From: the human T2T-CHM13v2.0 reference genome, Homo sapiens
Assembly: GCF_009914755.1 (NCBI RefSeq)
Contig: NC_060928.1
DNA: 64,000 nt
Reading direction: 5' to 3' (one strand)
Below the pieces are notes generated by a model that was not told the origin of the DNA, did not search any database, and saw only the letters and a list, made by a program, of their open reading frames with translations. Below are positions 45,101 to 60,974 of this stretch, one piece after another. The position numbers were made by a program, and so were the translations under genes. Within the stretch, counting starts at the first letter, position 1, and each line of letters starts with the position of its first letter.

Positions 45101-45490
45101 GTAGTGCCAGATGACATATGGTAACTATTAAGAGTTAATTGCTTTATAGATTTCTAGCATAGTATCCTGTAAGTTTAATAAAAATAGAAAATATCTTTTG
45201 CACTGAATTGAAACTGAAAAGTGAGACTTCTGAACATCTTTGAGTTTAGTTGCTGATTTGAGGAACCGTGGTTGACTAAAATCTAGGTCTGTACAAAATA
45301 ATACAGTAATGGCACAGAGAACATTCAATCACTGTAGTGATTCCAGATTTCTGTTTTTCTTGCCTATATATTTTTGCATTAATATTTGGAAAACCGTATA
45401 CATGTGTCAATTTGAGTAAACATTGTGGTTCATCTATTAATAATGTGAATTTTCCTCAATAATTATGACTTTTTTATGCCATATTCCTAG

Positions 45491-45659
45491 GGACATGTGG
45501 AAACTATCTTTGACTGCAAATTCAAACCTGACGATCCTAATCTTTTAGCAACAGCTTCATTTGATGGCACTATAAAAGTCTGGGATATAAACACATTAAC
45601 AGCAGTGTACACATCCCCGGGTAATGAAGGTGTTATTTATTCCCTTTCTTGGGCTCCAG
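45491..45659 (+). CDS. WDR17: WDR17 coding exon 8 (GHVETIFD...SLSWAP)
   Basis: Canonical GH...WD repeat; cctag| and CAG|GTAAGA; phase 0-1. Confidence 0.97.
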
Positions 45660-46362
45660 GTAAGAGATATTTTATTGAAATTAGGAATACAATGAAATGG
45701 CTTTTTAAAGTTTTATTTTCATTTGAGTTACTTTCTTCCTCTTGATCTCATCTTGTTCTAAATGAATGTAGGGCAAATTAGTGTGAACATATTTGTTGAT
45801 TCTCTTTTTGCGAGGTTTAAGAAGAGTCTATCTGCAGAGGCACTTTGATTCCTGGTTTCCTCTATATAACAAGTCATGTAGAAAAACCACAGTAAATCAG
45901 GATTATCTTTACCTGTCTAATATAAGTTGTATTTCTATAGCTATGCCTTTAGAAGTATAATACAATTTACATGATAGAGGTTTTCTGGAAAGTTTTAATG
46001 TAAATCCTGTTTATGGTTATATATCAAGTAACAGTTCACTTGTAACCATGTAATTCTGTATTAACTCCACCTTTGAAGTATTGAAGAACTTTTATGCCAT
46101 CATAAGATCTTATCTCTGATCTTAGATGCCACCTTATACCTTGCTGTACATATAAAGGAGAGATGTCCTATGAAACCTCTGACATTTTCTCCCAAAACAT
46201 TATTTCCCCATAACAAATAATTTCACACACCTAAATGAATTTTTCACTTTTAAAGTATATGTAATGGTTTACTTATTTGGCTTAATAGTAATATATTAAT
46301 TCAATAACTACATGTAATGTGGATGTAGCTCATCCTTATTTTTAAAATTATTTCTTCATACA

Positions 46363-46548
46363 CAGGGATTCTTAACTTTGAATATTTGGGCCTCCAAGGG
46401 TTTTATATTTCATCAGAGAGTTTGGGAATCTCTGAGAAATTTATGAATAATTTTTAGTGTGTGTGTATATACGCCTATATCTGTCAAAGAGTATCTTAGT
46501 ACTCAGATTTTCAGAGTTTCATGATACGAAAAAGGTTAAGGACCACTG
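46363..46548. mobile_element. hAT-Charlie-type MITE
   Basis: Imperfect TIRs cagggattcttaact / ggttaaggaccactg. Confidence 0.5.
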
Positions 46549-47499
46549 CTTTATGTATCCTTCATCTCCTACAATGAGGAGAATTACAGAAAAAGGTTTT
46601 ACTTACAACTCTTAATGACAATGTTTGTCCTTTAAGCAGAACATAACTGAGCCTATTCTGTTGATTATTGCAGTATGCACCTCCACTGTAGGTTACCTTG
46701 GCTAGCAATATAGGAATTGGACCAGCCAGTGCAGTCACCTTGCACTAGAGCTCATATTAGTTGAATACTCTTCATCTTACAAAAGTATTTGTCTGAAACA
46801 TAAAACATAAATAAAACTTATGACTGTAAAAACTATTGTTTCAAATCATAACACAGAAGATCTAATCTGACTTATAGCATTCTTTCACTCTCTACATTGA
46901 GAATTTGCATCAAGAAAGTAAAAATGTTAGAAAATGGAAATTCTGTCATTTTCTGTTATGTGATTACTGGTGCATCATGACTTTGAGGTAAGTGGGGATG
47001 ATATTTAAAAGATAAATGAGGGTTGACAAGGATGGAAGTAGAGTAGGATATAGATAATTACATAATTTCCTCTGTATCTTAGCGTAGATACCAGACGAAA
47101 AGAAAAAAAATGCAAATAAATTTTGAAACATATCCCCAATAATTTAAGAACCCCAAAAGGAGAGCAGTTTAAAAATGTTAGAAATATGATGAGAACATTT
47201 TTAGTGTGTATAATCATTTATCATTAAGTAGTTTCTTCATATTTTTATTCCTAGATAGCAGATGACAGCTGCTCCTTTGTTCTGATGGAGAAAACCTCTT
47301 CTATCACTGTCTTACAAAAGGCACTTATTTAAATCCTTGGCCATCTACTACTCACTTAGCAGTAGTTTTATTTTCACAAATTTTTTTATTTCTTAAAACA
47401 GAAAGCATTGTTTATGTTTTTATGGAGAAACTGTATTTTTCCTGTGATCTGTTCATAGAAATACTTTCATAACCATTAAAATACTACTAGATAATCATG

Positions 47500-47790
47500 G
47501 AAGTATGAATGCTGACTGAATATATGATAATATTGAAGAATTATTGTTAATATTCATGATAGTTTGGCCTTGATCAATAAAGAAGTCCCTGTCTTTTAGA
47601 GATGCATACTGAAGTTTTTATGGATGAAATAATATGCTGTCAGAGATTTACTCCAAATAAATTCAGCAGATGCTATAGACAGAACAAGATTGGCCATATT
47701 TTGATAATTGTTGAAGCTGTGTAATGGATACATTAACTTTATTATTTTATCTATATTTTTATACAGTTAATAATTTCAATTATAAAAAAT
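47500..47790 (+). mobile_element. Old L1MC/L1ME 3'UTR fragment
   Basis: ttttagagatgcatactgaag...ttgataattgttgaagctg motif. Confidence 0.65.
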
Positions 47791-47902
47791 TAAAGAACTA
47801 GTCTGCAAATCTCAGTTCTTACATTTTCACAAGTTACATTTTTTAAAAGAATTACATTTGTGGGAAACATTTAGTATAATGTCTAACAAATTGTTTCCTA
47901 AG

Positions 47903-47994
47903 GTGGTTTAAATTGTATTGCTGGGGGAACTTCCCGAAATGGTGCTTTTATTTGGAATGTTCAAAAGGGCAAAATTATACAACGATTTAATGAG
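47903..47994 (+). CDS. WDR17: WDR17 coding exon 9 (GGLNCIAG...QRFNE)
   Basis: cctaag| and GAG|GTAAGA; 92 nt, phase 1-0. Confidence 0.95.
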
Positions 47995-50274
47995 GTAAGA
48001 TTTATTTATTGCTACTGAATAATATAATGTTTTATACTATTTTGTATTTATTTTGTAAATATTTTTATTTCTTAATATAATATCACTTAATAATCAGGTG
48101 GTATGTGTGTTCTCTCAATTAGAAGAAAATCCTAGAGAATACTCACATACTAAAATGAATTCTGAAAATTGTAGCTGAGTCACCTGAAGTTGCATTAGAG
48201 AGTCAAAGGAATTTTTGAGTCATCCTCCACAAAATCTGGGCAAATACAAAATAATAGGAAGAAGACTAAACTCAGAGCAAGTCCCAAATTATAGTCCTGG
48301 TTCTGTTATTAATTAGCTCTTGACATAAGGAGAATCACTTTATTGCCCTAAACCTGTTTCTTCACCTAAAAAATGATGAAGGTGGATTATATAGTTTCTT
48401 AGATTTTCTTCCAGTTTTCAAATTCAATTATTCCGTGCCGAGCCTTAGAACCTGCTCTCTTGTATTTGTAGCATCACAGATTTTATTTCTCCTTTGTCTT
48501 GGAGTTATTTTGTCATCCCATATTTTGCTGAGTTCCATTAATATTTGAAAAATACATATGATCTGATTACAAAATATTAGGTATGAATCAGGGGAAAATG
48601 ATCTAAGATTGTCTGTGTCTTGAAATTTCTTTTATTTTAGATGATTACTATTGAAGCTTATTAAGTATATAATTTCTTTGAAAATTGCCTATATATTTGG
48701 GGTTTTAAAAACATTTATACAGAGAGTATTATCCCTTTGAAGATGCTCCTTAGTAGTCCTGCTCCCCCACTACTTGTAGTAGTGTAGCAAATGCAGAGCT
48801 TTTAGGAAAACTTTAGAGACCACTGTGAGCAATTTTGCACTCAAAAAAGGAAACTTTGACAAAGGATTATAAAAGTTACATCCTTTCCTTTCTCTACATA
48901 TAACACAATACCCTTTCAGTTTAGCAATGCCCCAACCTGCCATCTTCCCTCCCATCACCAAAACAACAATTTATTCCATAATAAATAGTGGATTATAAGA
49001 AGAGATGAGCCTAAAAATGAAACTTATGGCCCAGATTCAAAAATTGTATATCTTTACTCATTAGATCAGTTGATTTCTTCTTATGGCATCTTGGCAACTT
49101 GGAATCTCACATATCTGCCCACTAGTACCTAAACACTTCCAGCCTGATTGTGGAAACCCCGCATTTTAGTATCAAGGACATGTCTTGTATTTCTTTATGT
49201 CTTTCCCAACATTCACTAGCGAAATTGCTTAAATCCTATGTCATAAATAAGGGAAAAATTAACAATGCCAGCATTAATTAACTAAGCTACGTGTGTTCCA
49301 CAAAAAGAATTATGGGATAGTAGAGAGTCATAAATGCAATTTTCATGGGAATAAATGAAGCTGACAGAAGGCCTCCACCCTATAAACTGAATGAATAAAA
49401 GGACTAGTCCCATTTTTAAATCTGCCTGCATAAACCTACCCTCTTTGATCCCCAAAGAGGTAAAACAGCAAACTGGAGATTGCTTTAAGAAGTTAAAACT
49501 ATATTTACACAGCAACCTTAAGCTACAAGATAAAAAGTCACTTTAGTTTCCTCTTAATGGAATTTAAGTACTATATAAAGTAGAACTGTTTTTAATTAAA
49601 ATTTAGAAATGGGTTGATTACAACTTTTATTTACTGATCACACCGTTGATGAATGACATTCTCATGTGTAATATATTCCTTCTAGTTTTAAAAATTCTTA
49701 TAATTCCATCTATTAACTATATCCCCTGGCCCTTCCTCAGTCCTAGAAAGCAGAAAATCAAGCAAATATAAAGTGATTTATTATAGGAATAACATGAAAT
49801 CTATTCTGATTTCTTTATAAAATAGAACTTTGAAACTTAGAGAAACAACCAATAATAACTGCTTGCAACATTTCTTATACTGTGGTTGAAGTAGCACTGT
49901 GTTTGGAAGCAGATAGATAACTGTTTTCATCACCATACTGGTACTCATGGGAAAAGGCATTAAGCAGAGCTTAATTCTACAGATGACTTAAGAAGGACAT
50001 TTTGACTCTTTACTTTGTATCCAACAAAAAGAAATGGAGCCACCTGATTTATGTCTTAAAACAACAGATTGGTATCTTAAAACACTTTTAAATTGTGACA
50101 GCTTTAGACATTTTTAAAGTGTATAATCAGGTTTCTGCTCTTGACAGTAATGCCTCTGTTAGTGTCATCTAAAGCACATTCCTAACAGAAAAGTAATACT
50201 TAGAAGAAGTAAATATATAAGAGAAAAAAGGGGTGAATTATTTCTTATTGATAGGTATTTTACATTTTTTGAAG

Positions 50275-50357
50275 CATGGAACAAATGGAATATTCTGCAT
50301 TGCCTGGAGTCATAAAGATTCTAAAAGAATAGCAACCTGCAGCAGTGATGGTTTCTG
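50275..50357 (+). CDS. WDR17: WDR17 coding exon 10 (HGTNGIFC...SSDGF)
   Basis: ttttttgaag| and CTG|GTAAGT; 83 nt, phase 0-2. Confidence 0.95.
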
Positions 50358-51806
50358 GTAAGTACTATGTATGATACATGATATGAAATTACACTGTTTA
50401 TAAAGCACTCATTTGATCATTCCAACTGTGTATCCATGAGATTTCATTTGTACAGCTCTACCAACTCTCAGAGGCGTTATTTTTAAGCCCATATAGGCAC
50501 ATACTATATTGCTATGATGTATCATTAATAAATAACAATGCAAGGGTATTTAAAATTTGTTTAATGAGGCATTCAATTGCTTTCTCAATGAAAATACTAC
50601 TTGAATTATTATGAAAAGACTCATTTCTTTGCCTCAAAGAAACTTTAAGGACTTTTCACAGTCTTAATAATTATCATCACATTGTTTGGAGAGTAGTATT
50701 TCGGTTTCACAGGTGATTCAGCATATATTAAGTGCCGTAAAAACTTGTTTTTAGTTGTGTAGGTGCTTTTATTTATAAAGGGATAAAAAGCCTTTTCAAG
50801 GAGAAATAAAGTCATGCATGTGGGAAATGCCTTTTGTTAGGAAATAACTTCACTGACCCTGTGTTTTAGAAATATGTGCTTTCTTAATTCTGTTAAGTTC
50901 CAGAAATAAGTAAGTTTTCAAATAAAAATATGTAAGGAAAAAATGCCTGGTTTAAAAAACTTTTTAAAATCAGATGCTCTTCCCCTGTAGCTGTCTATGG
51001 GTATAGCCATCTTCGATAGGTGGATAGGTGGTATAGACACTCATAGTTCTTGAGAATACAGAAGTTGTTAGGTTTTGCTAAAGCCACTCCAGTCTTCTCA
51101 TCCTCACTTTTTAATTTCAGTAGAAAAGACAGTAGTTATGGAAACCAAAGATCCTTACCGGGAAGTTAAAATTTTCAGAAACAACAATATTAGTGATTTT
51201 TTTTTTCCTTGAAAGGAACTATGTGCTAATTGATAGATACCAAAATACAAAAGCGCCTAAGAGTTTTTTGATTAAGTGATACAAAATTAGTTTGACCATG
51301 TATTTCAAGGCATTATATATTTGACAGATATCACTTTCAGTGACTAAACACCTGTAAGCATAAGTCACCATCAATCCCCAGTAACCTCAAAAGTGTTGGT
51401 GGGCCTAATAACATTTAAGACAGTCTTTTCCATACACTTCTAAAACTTCATAATACATTAATTAGTACACGCTTTTTTTCTGATGGAATCAATAGCTTTT
51501 GCACTGTGGTAATAATAGACTGGGATAGTAGAGCTTTTATTTTTGCAGTTAAATTATATAGAATCCTTATGGCAGGGGATGGGGGATCATCTCTGAATTT
51601 TAGTTATATTGCTGAGAATATACAATGAAAAGTTATAACTTAATGTCTTGGTTTTGGTGCAATGGTACATAAAACCAACTTCATAAATAGTTGTTTTAAA
51701 CACTATAAATTTTGAACTACCTCATTTTGAAGCTAAAAATCTAATGTATATGTTAATTATATGATTATGTTTTAAAATGTATTACACTATGTTTTCCTCA
51801 ATTTAA

Positions 51807-52111
<305 letters not shown>

Positions 52112-52361
52112 AAGAAAATAGTTTTTAAATCAAAATTTATTACCTTATATTAATTGTAGGTTACCATAATTAATATTAAGAGTTGCAAATATACTCATAA
52201 TTGGTAACATTTATACAGTACTTTCAAATGTTCTTTTTGCTTTGTAGACAAAATCTCTATCCTGGAATATTTCTATTTGAAATTTACAATTCTGACTTTG
52301 TTTCCTTGAATAATGTATTTAGAATATTGTTTTTCTATTAACATATTATAATTAATTCTAG

Positions 52362-52448
52362 TATTATTCGAACAATTGATGGTAAAGTGCTACACAAATA
52401 TAAACATCCAGCTGCAGTGTTTGGTTGTGATTGGAGCCAAAACAATAA
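52362..52448 (+). CDS. WDR17: WDR17 coding exon 11 (CIIRTIDG...WSQNN)
   Basis: ttctag| and TAA|GTAAGT; 87 nt, phase 2-2. Confidence 0.95.
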
Positions 52449-53208
52449 GTAAGTGGTTTTTTTTCCTGAAATAAATAATAACTACATTTTGGAAATTTTA
52501 AATAACCATAAAGTTTAGTGCTATTTCCAAAGGTAATATCTATCACTCTATTTATACAATATCCCCTTTGCCTAGCAAATGAGAAACAGCCTTGTAATTG
52601 CTCATTTATTTTAGTTATTTTTATTCCATGAAGTTTTTACATGATTTACAAATATTGATTTCCTACTCTCAAAAAAACTTTCTAATACTTAGGAAAAAAA
52701 ATAATGCTAACTAATGAAAAATGGAAATGAGTCCATTGCATGTATGGCTTCTATCATAGAAATGTGGCCCTTTTTTTAATCTCACTTAGGAATCTGTGCA
52801 ATGCCAGTGTTCCACTGTGACTTTGCATTGTCCCCCACCCGATGCTAATGCCTCTGGCACTGGGTAATTTTCCACGATGTGGAACTTAAGTGCCTGGTTT
52901 TAAAAGGTCAATCTTGTTTGACAGCCAAGTATTTATCATGTAAAAATCAGCTTAGATTTAAAATTACATCCAAGTCAAATCTCCACTAAAATCAGACCTT
53001 TAACTCATTGCATTTCCTAGAATATTGTGTTTCAAGCCTCTTTTAATGGGATATAAATTATATCTAAAAATTCAAAGTTATTTAAGATATTGTCAAAAAC
53101 AATGTGAATTATGTTATTTTGTATGAAATGTGGGAAATATAGAGTAAGGTACTAAAACCTAATTATACTTGTGTTCAGAGTCAAATCACACGTTTTACAA
53201 AATGATAG

Positions 53209-53585
<377 letters not shown>

Positions 53586-53589
53586 TAAG

Positions 53590-54855
<1,266 letters not shown>

Positions 54856-56373
54856 GAATTACCTTGTATCTGACTAATTAGAACAGTTCCATATTCCTAT
54901 TTCTCTGTTTTATAGAGTTAATAACCCATTTGGCCAGTTGAAATAAAAGCTAGATATTAATATAATATGTTTAGTTAGTTAAGAAAGCTATATTTTCAAA
55001 TGACACTGGAAGTCCTTTATATTTAACTATTATGCTTACTACCAAGCATATCTAATAAACTTCATTTTTAATTTTAGAAACCTTTTAAAATGTTTTAATT
55101 GCTGTATTCATATTCCACTTAGTGTCTTAGTAGGTAAGTGAACCTTGAACATACCAAAGTTTATTTATAAGGTATCTCTGACTGTATAATTTAGATATCT
55201 TTATGTGCATTCTTTAAATCTTTATGATATCATTTCTGACTTTATGTATCTGTATATACATATATATAAAAATATACTCATATATGCATGTAAATATATA
55301 TATGCAAATTATATTTTCCCAAATGTAGAAACTGTCTTGTTTATCAGTGGATCTTGAGAAGATGTAATCTGCACATTTGCAGATTGGCATGCCAGTTTGC
55401 AAACTGCCGTATTTCTACATGTGGGCTTAAATAAATATAAGTATTATAACCCATGTGACAAAGTCAACAGTTTGAAGTTTTGAAAGGGTTTTGATGACAG
55501 TTGTGATCCACAGTGTGTAACTGCCTTTCTTTATGTTTAGCATGTGGAGACTGTTTATAATGATGGTTAGAGTAGATGTTCCTCAAATAGACTATTCTGG
55601 CAGGTCCGTGATTTCCACAGGTCTTCCTACTACCATAATTCCTTTCCTAGCAGTATTCCAAGTTTGATCATGAAGGTACAAGTAGTTGCTTAGCTTATTC
55701 TCACTATTGTGAGAATACTGAGCAAAGAACATTAAAAGATCAAATTCTATTTCCAGGGGCTTCATAGTTGTATCAAACAGTTAAAGCATCTTAAAGAAGG
55801 GAAGCCATCAAAAAGGAATGGAAAACTGGACTGTGACTTCCTGTCCAATCAGACAACCCTGGTCTGCAGGGAGCTTTTCCAGAAAACTTTCAGTGAGAAT
55901 ACTGTTGTTTGTACCCATGCCACAAAAACAATCTAACAAATGGGCTAAGGCATGTAATAATAATTTGCCCACCAGCAAGTAAGCAAATGTCATCACTCAC
56001 CATTTGGGATGCTTCTTAAGACCTAAGTGTTGCAGAATGTAAAGTTTGAGAAAAATTCAGAAAATTATGAGTCTGGTCATCTTGAAAAAGAACTTATAGA
56101 AATAGAAATACCATTACCTCTGACCTAAAATAAATAAAATAAAAATTCAACCAGTTAAAAGAAAACACAGAAAGAAACACACCATACTGGTGCAGTTTCT
56201 GTAAATGAGCAGTAGCGTGATTATACACGATTTTTTACATATGTAAGTTTTTAGTCTAACTTCACTAAGGAAGCAAAAATTCTACTTTTAGAAATTAGAA
56301 CTATGGTATACCTTTAATTATTAGTTATATATCATATTTATCCTATGTCAATATTCCATTGATGATATTTCAG

Positions 56374-56538
56374 AGACATGATAGCCACTGGCTGTGAAGA
56401 CACAAATGTTCGTGTTTATTATGTAGCCACCAGCTCAGATCAACCATTGAAAGTATTTAGTGGGCATACAGCAAAAGTGTTTCATGTTAAATGGTCTCCT
56501 CTGAGAGAGGGAATTCTTTGCAGTGGTTCTGATGATGG
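56374..56538 (+). CDS. WDR17: WDR17 coding exon 12 (DMIATGCED...SGSDDG)
   Basis: tttcag| and TGG|GTATGT; 165 nt, phase 2-2. Confidence 0.97.
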
Positions 56539-56616
56539 GTATGTATTTTTGGATTCTAATTTTCTAGTCCTTAAAATCATAAGCTTATATTTTCCTAGAA
56601 ATGTACATATTTATAG

Positions 56617-56769
<153 letters not shown>

Positions 56770-57188
56770 TGATTAAGCATTTTCGTTGAATTTTTGGCAT
56801 AAATCCAAATTTAATAAGATAAATAATTAGGAGATTTCTGTAGGTTATGACTTGAAATAAGTCAGAATGGTAGGGAAATCAGTTATACTGCCGTACTCAT
56901 GGCAGAACTCACAGATGCTGCGCTGCAGCCTGGAGAGCCTCAGACACTCATTTGCAGTGGGGCCTATAAAAGCCTTTCTTGGGTTTGACCAAAAAACATG
57001 CATTGGGACTTCAAAGCCTAACTACCTAACATGTCATGAAAGGAAAGACACCTGTTCTAGTGGCCCCTACAATAACAGTAAGTTATTTTGATACAAATCC
57101 CTTTAATGTATTCTTATTTATGAAAGTATATCAAATGTAAAATATTTAAATGTTAGCATATATAAGAAATTAGCAACAAAATTTTTAG

Positions 57189-57543
<355 letters not shown>

Positions 57544-58080
57544 GAAATGAAACTTTATATAAAGCAGAAAGGGATATGCCTTAAGAAATAAGAATACATC
57601 ATTTATCTCCTATATAGTGCAAAATAGTAATACTTTTGAAGTACTACTATTTTGTTGTCAGTTTGGCATATATCTGTGACTAAAAAATTATTGTGAATTG
57701 TCTAAGCAAAATTAGCAGTTGGAGGTCTTAAATTGATTGTAAGTTAAATTTTAATTTCAGTAACATTTGTACAATCAATAGATACAAGTAATTTCACGAA
57801 TCCAGTTATATTTAAATTTTTTAACTTGATCTAAGATTTATTCTACACTGACCAAGCAACTTATATCACTGACAAAAACATGAAGGAATTATTTGCTGTA
57901 TTGATTAAAGCATAAATATCAAGTGACATTTCAAATAATACCCATCATCATACATGTTATACTTTTATAATTTACAAATCATCTTAATATATTAAATTAC
58001 TGTATCTGTATTATTAGTCATATTTTCCACTTTGGTTATAGCTGTTTTTGGTATTTCGTTTTAACAAAGCAATTTTATTC

Positions 58081-58148
58081 ACATGTAACTAACCGGCACA
58101 TTGTGCACATGTACCCTAAAACTTAAAGTATAATAATAATTTAAAAAA
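58081..58148 (+). mobile_element. Very short young L1PA 3'-end fragment
   Basis: tgtaactaacc.gcacattgtgcacatgtaccctaaaacttaaagtataataata. Confidence 0.9.
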
Positions 58149-58513
58149 CTGTGAAATAATACGTTTACTACCAGTAATAAGAGTAAAAGTCAAGAAGGAA
58201 AATATGTTTAAATAAGCTAGCACTAGCCTAGTTAAATATTCATTTCCATCTCCTATAAAGAAAAGTATGTGAGGGGATGAATTTGTTAATTAGCTTGATT
58301 TAATTATTCCACATTGTAAGCATACATCAAAATATCACATAAATATATACAATTATTATTTTTTAAATTAAAATGAAGAGAACCTTATATCTTGAGACAT
58401 AAAATGCTTCTAGATAAGCTAACAAATAATTATTATACTCTATTAAGAATATGTTAATACTCTAGATACATTATAACTTGAATGTTATCACACCCATAAT
58501 ATTCTGTTTTCAG

Positions 58514-58716
58514 TACCGTTCGAATCTGGGATTATACTCAGGATGCTTGCATCAATATTCTTAATGGACACACTGCACCTGTGAGAGGATTAATGTGGAA
58601 TACTGAGATTCCATATCTGCTCATATCTGGCAGCTGGGACTATACTATAAAAGTATGGGACACTCGAGAAGGAACTTGTGTGGATACTGTGTATGATCAC
58701 GGTGCAGATGTATATG
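58514..58716 (+). CDS. WDR17: WDR17 coding exon 13 (TVRIWDYT...GADVY)
   Basis: WD repeats; ttttcag| and ATG|GTAGAG; 203 nt, phase 2-1. Confidence 0.97.
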
Positions 58717-59539
58717 GTAGAGTGTCTTTCATTCTTTCATGTATTTGTTATATTGACATACTAATGATGCTTATAACTTCTGAGGAATACAGTATTTTTG
58801 AAGAAGTTATACAGTGTTTTATTTTACAATAACATTTTTCACATTAGAAAATATACACGTTTATTATTATAATACCAGAATGTGCAGAAGAAAAAGTCAA
58901 CAAAAATTATCAGAAGATGACTATTGTTAGCACTGTGTTGTCTTTCTCCCCACTGTCTGCAGGTGTGTCTGTGTTTCTGTGTACACACAAACACACACAC
59001 AATGCACACATATTGCGATGGGCATATATACATGTATGGCTTTTGTTTTTCTCCCTTCCATTGACATCACTCCAGAGGTAAGTTGTTTAACAGGAAATCA
59101 GTAATAGAGTAGATACCACTTATTTAACCATTCCTCTATTCTTGGATGTTTAGTACAATGTTTTGTTTTTTAATATAATCCCGTTTTTTTAATATAATTA
59201 ATTGGTTATGGAAAATCAGATTACTTACCATTTGCACATCTCTTCACTCTCATTCTTGTTTGTATTTATTCTCATCCTTAAACTTTGATGGGAGTAAATG
59301 GGCAGATTAAGAATCCAAAAATGATTTCTTAGAAAAAGTAACCTCAATCTAGATCAGGTTCAGATCCATATGCTTGATCACAATGGCCTTTTAGCCAAGG
59401 CAATGCGGGACTGAGTGTGGGAGAGAATCATATTTGTTGATATTCGAATTGAAAGGTCCCCAACTCTTCATCTTTTAACTAGAACGTCATCTGCCCATCC
59501 ACTAACTCACAGATACTATGTATGCTATTGGTTTTATAG

Positions 59540-59986
<447 letters not shown>

Positions 59987-60187
59987 TAGAATATATAAAA
60001 TAATTTATTGCATTCTTATATTATTTTCAGCCAGTATATTAAATGCAGATAGGTTGACTGAGAACCTTTCAGTTACTCACAATATTTCTTCATAGCTTCA
60101 ATTCTGTAGAAGTTTTATGAAGCACATATAAATAAAAAATATTTTTCAATGTTCACTTTACTTAAAATAGGTTTTTATTTTCATCAG

Positions 60188-60337
60188 GTTTAACCTGCCA
60201 TCCCAGTCGCCCCTTCACTATGGCCTCTTGCTCCCGTGACTCTACAGTGAGACTCTGGTCATTAACAGCCTTAGTCACTCCTGTACAAATAAATATTCTG
60301 GCAGACAGATCTTGGGAAGAAATTATTGGGAACACTG
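60188..60337 (+). CDS. WDR17: WDR17 coding exon 14 (GLTCHPSRP...IIGNT)
   Basis: catcag| and CTG|GTATGG; 150 nt, phase 1-1. Confidence 0.97.
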
Positions 60338-60423
60338 GTATGGAACATATACATGTATTAGAGTTTATTTCTAAATAAGTTTTATGAGAAATCTTTTCTC
60401 ACTGAATTATGTCTGTTCTTCAG

Positions 60424-60554
60424 ATTATGCTATAGAACCAGGCACTCCTCCTCTACTGTGTGGTAAAGTGTCAAGAGATATTAGACAGGAAATAGAAAAA
60501 CTAACTGCTAATTCTCAAGTGAAAAAACTAAGATGGTTCTCAGAATGTTTATCT
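60424..60554 (+). CDS. WDR17: WDR17 coding exon 15 (DYAIEPG...SECLS)
   Basis: ttcttcag| and TCT|GTAAGT; 131 nt, phase 1-0. Confidence 0.96.
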
Positions 60555-60848
60555 GTAAGTATTACAGGAATTAAATGCGAATATTTTCCCTTTAGCCAAC
60601 ATGAATCATTACAACTATTTTTATTCACATATTTACATGTACCATTCTAATTCATTGGGTAACTCTTACCATAATCTGTGCACTATAAGAAAGCAAATGT
60701 AAAACTAGAAACAATACATGAGATAACATGTAGTTATTTTGTTAATTTTTAAATTTAGATATGCCTGCATTATAATATTTTTGAAGATGCAAAATATTAT
60801 GAGGTTTTTAATTCACTATTCCATATTTATTTTTTGTCAACTCTTTAG

Positions 60849-60974
60849 CCTCCAGGTGGCAGTGACAATTTATGGAACTTGGTTGCTGTGATAAAAGGAC
60901 AGGATGATAGCTTACTTCCTCAGAACTACTGCAAAGGAATAATGCACTTGAAACATCTGATTAAATTTAGAACA
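60849..60974 (+). CDS. WDR17: WDR17 coding exon 16 (PPGGSDNLW...IKFRT)
   Basis: ctctttag| and ACA|GTGAGT; 126 nt, phase 0-0. Confidence 0.96.

Noticed and set aside
46902-46993. Pseudo-exon ending GAG|GTAAGT
   Set aside because: Only weak upstream acceptors; not distinguishable from background
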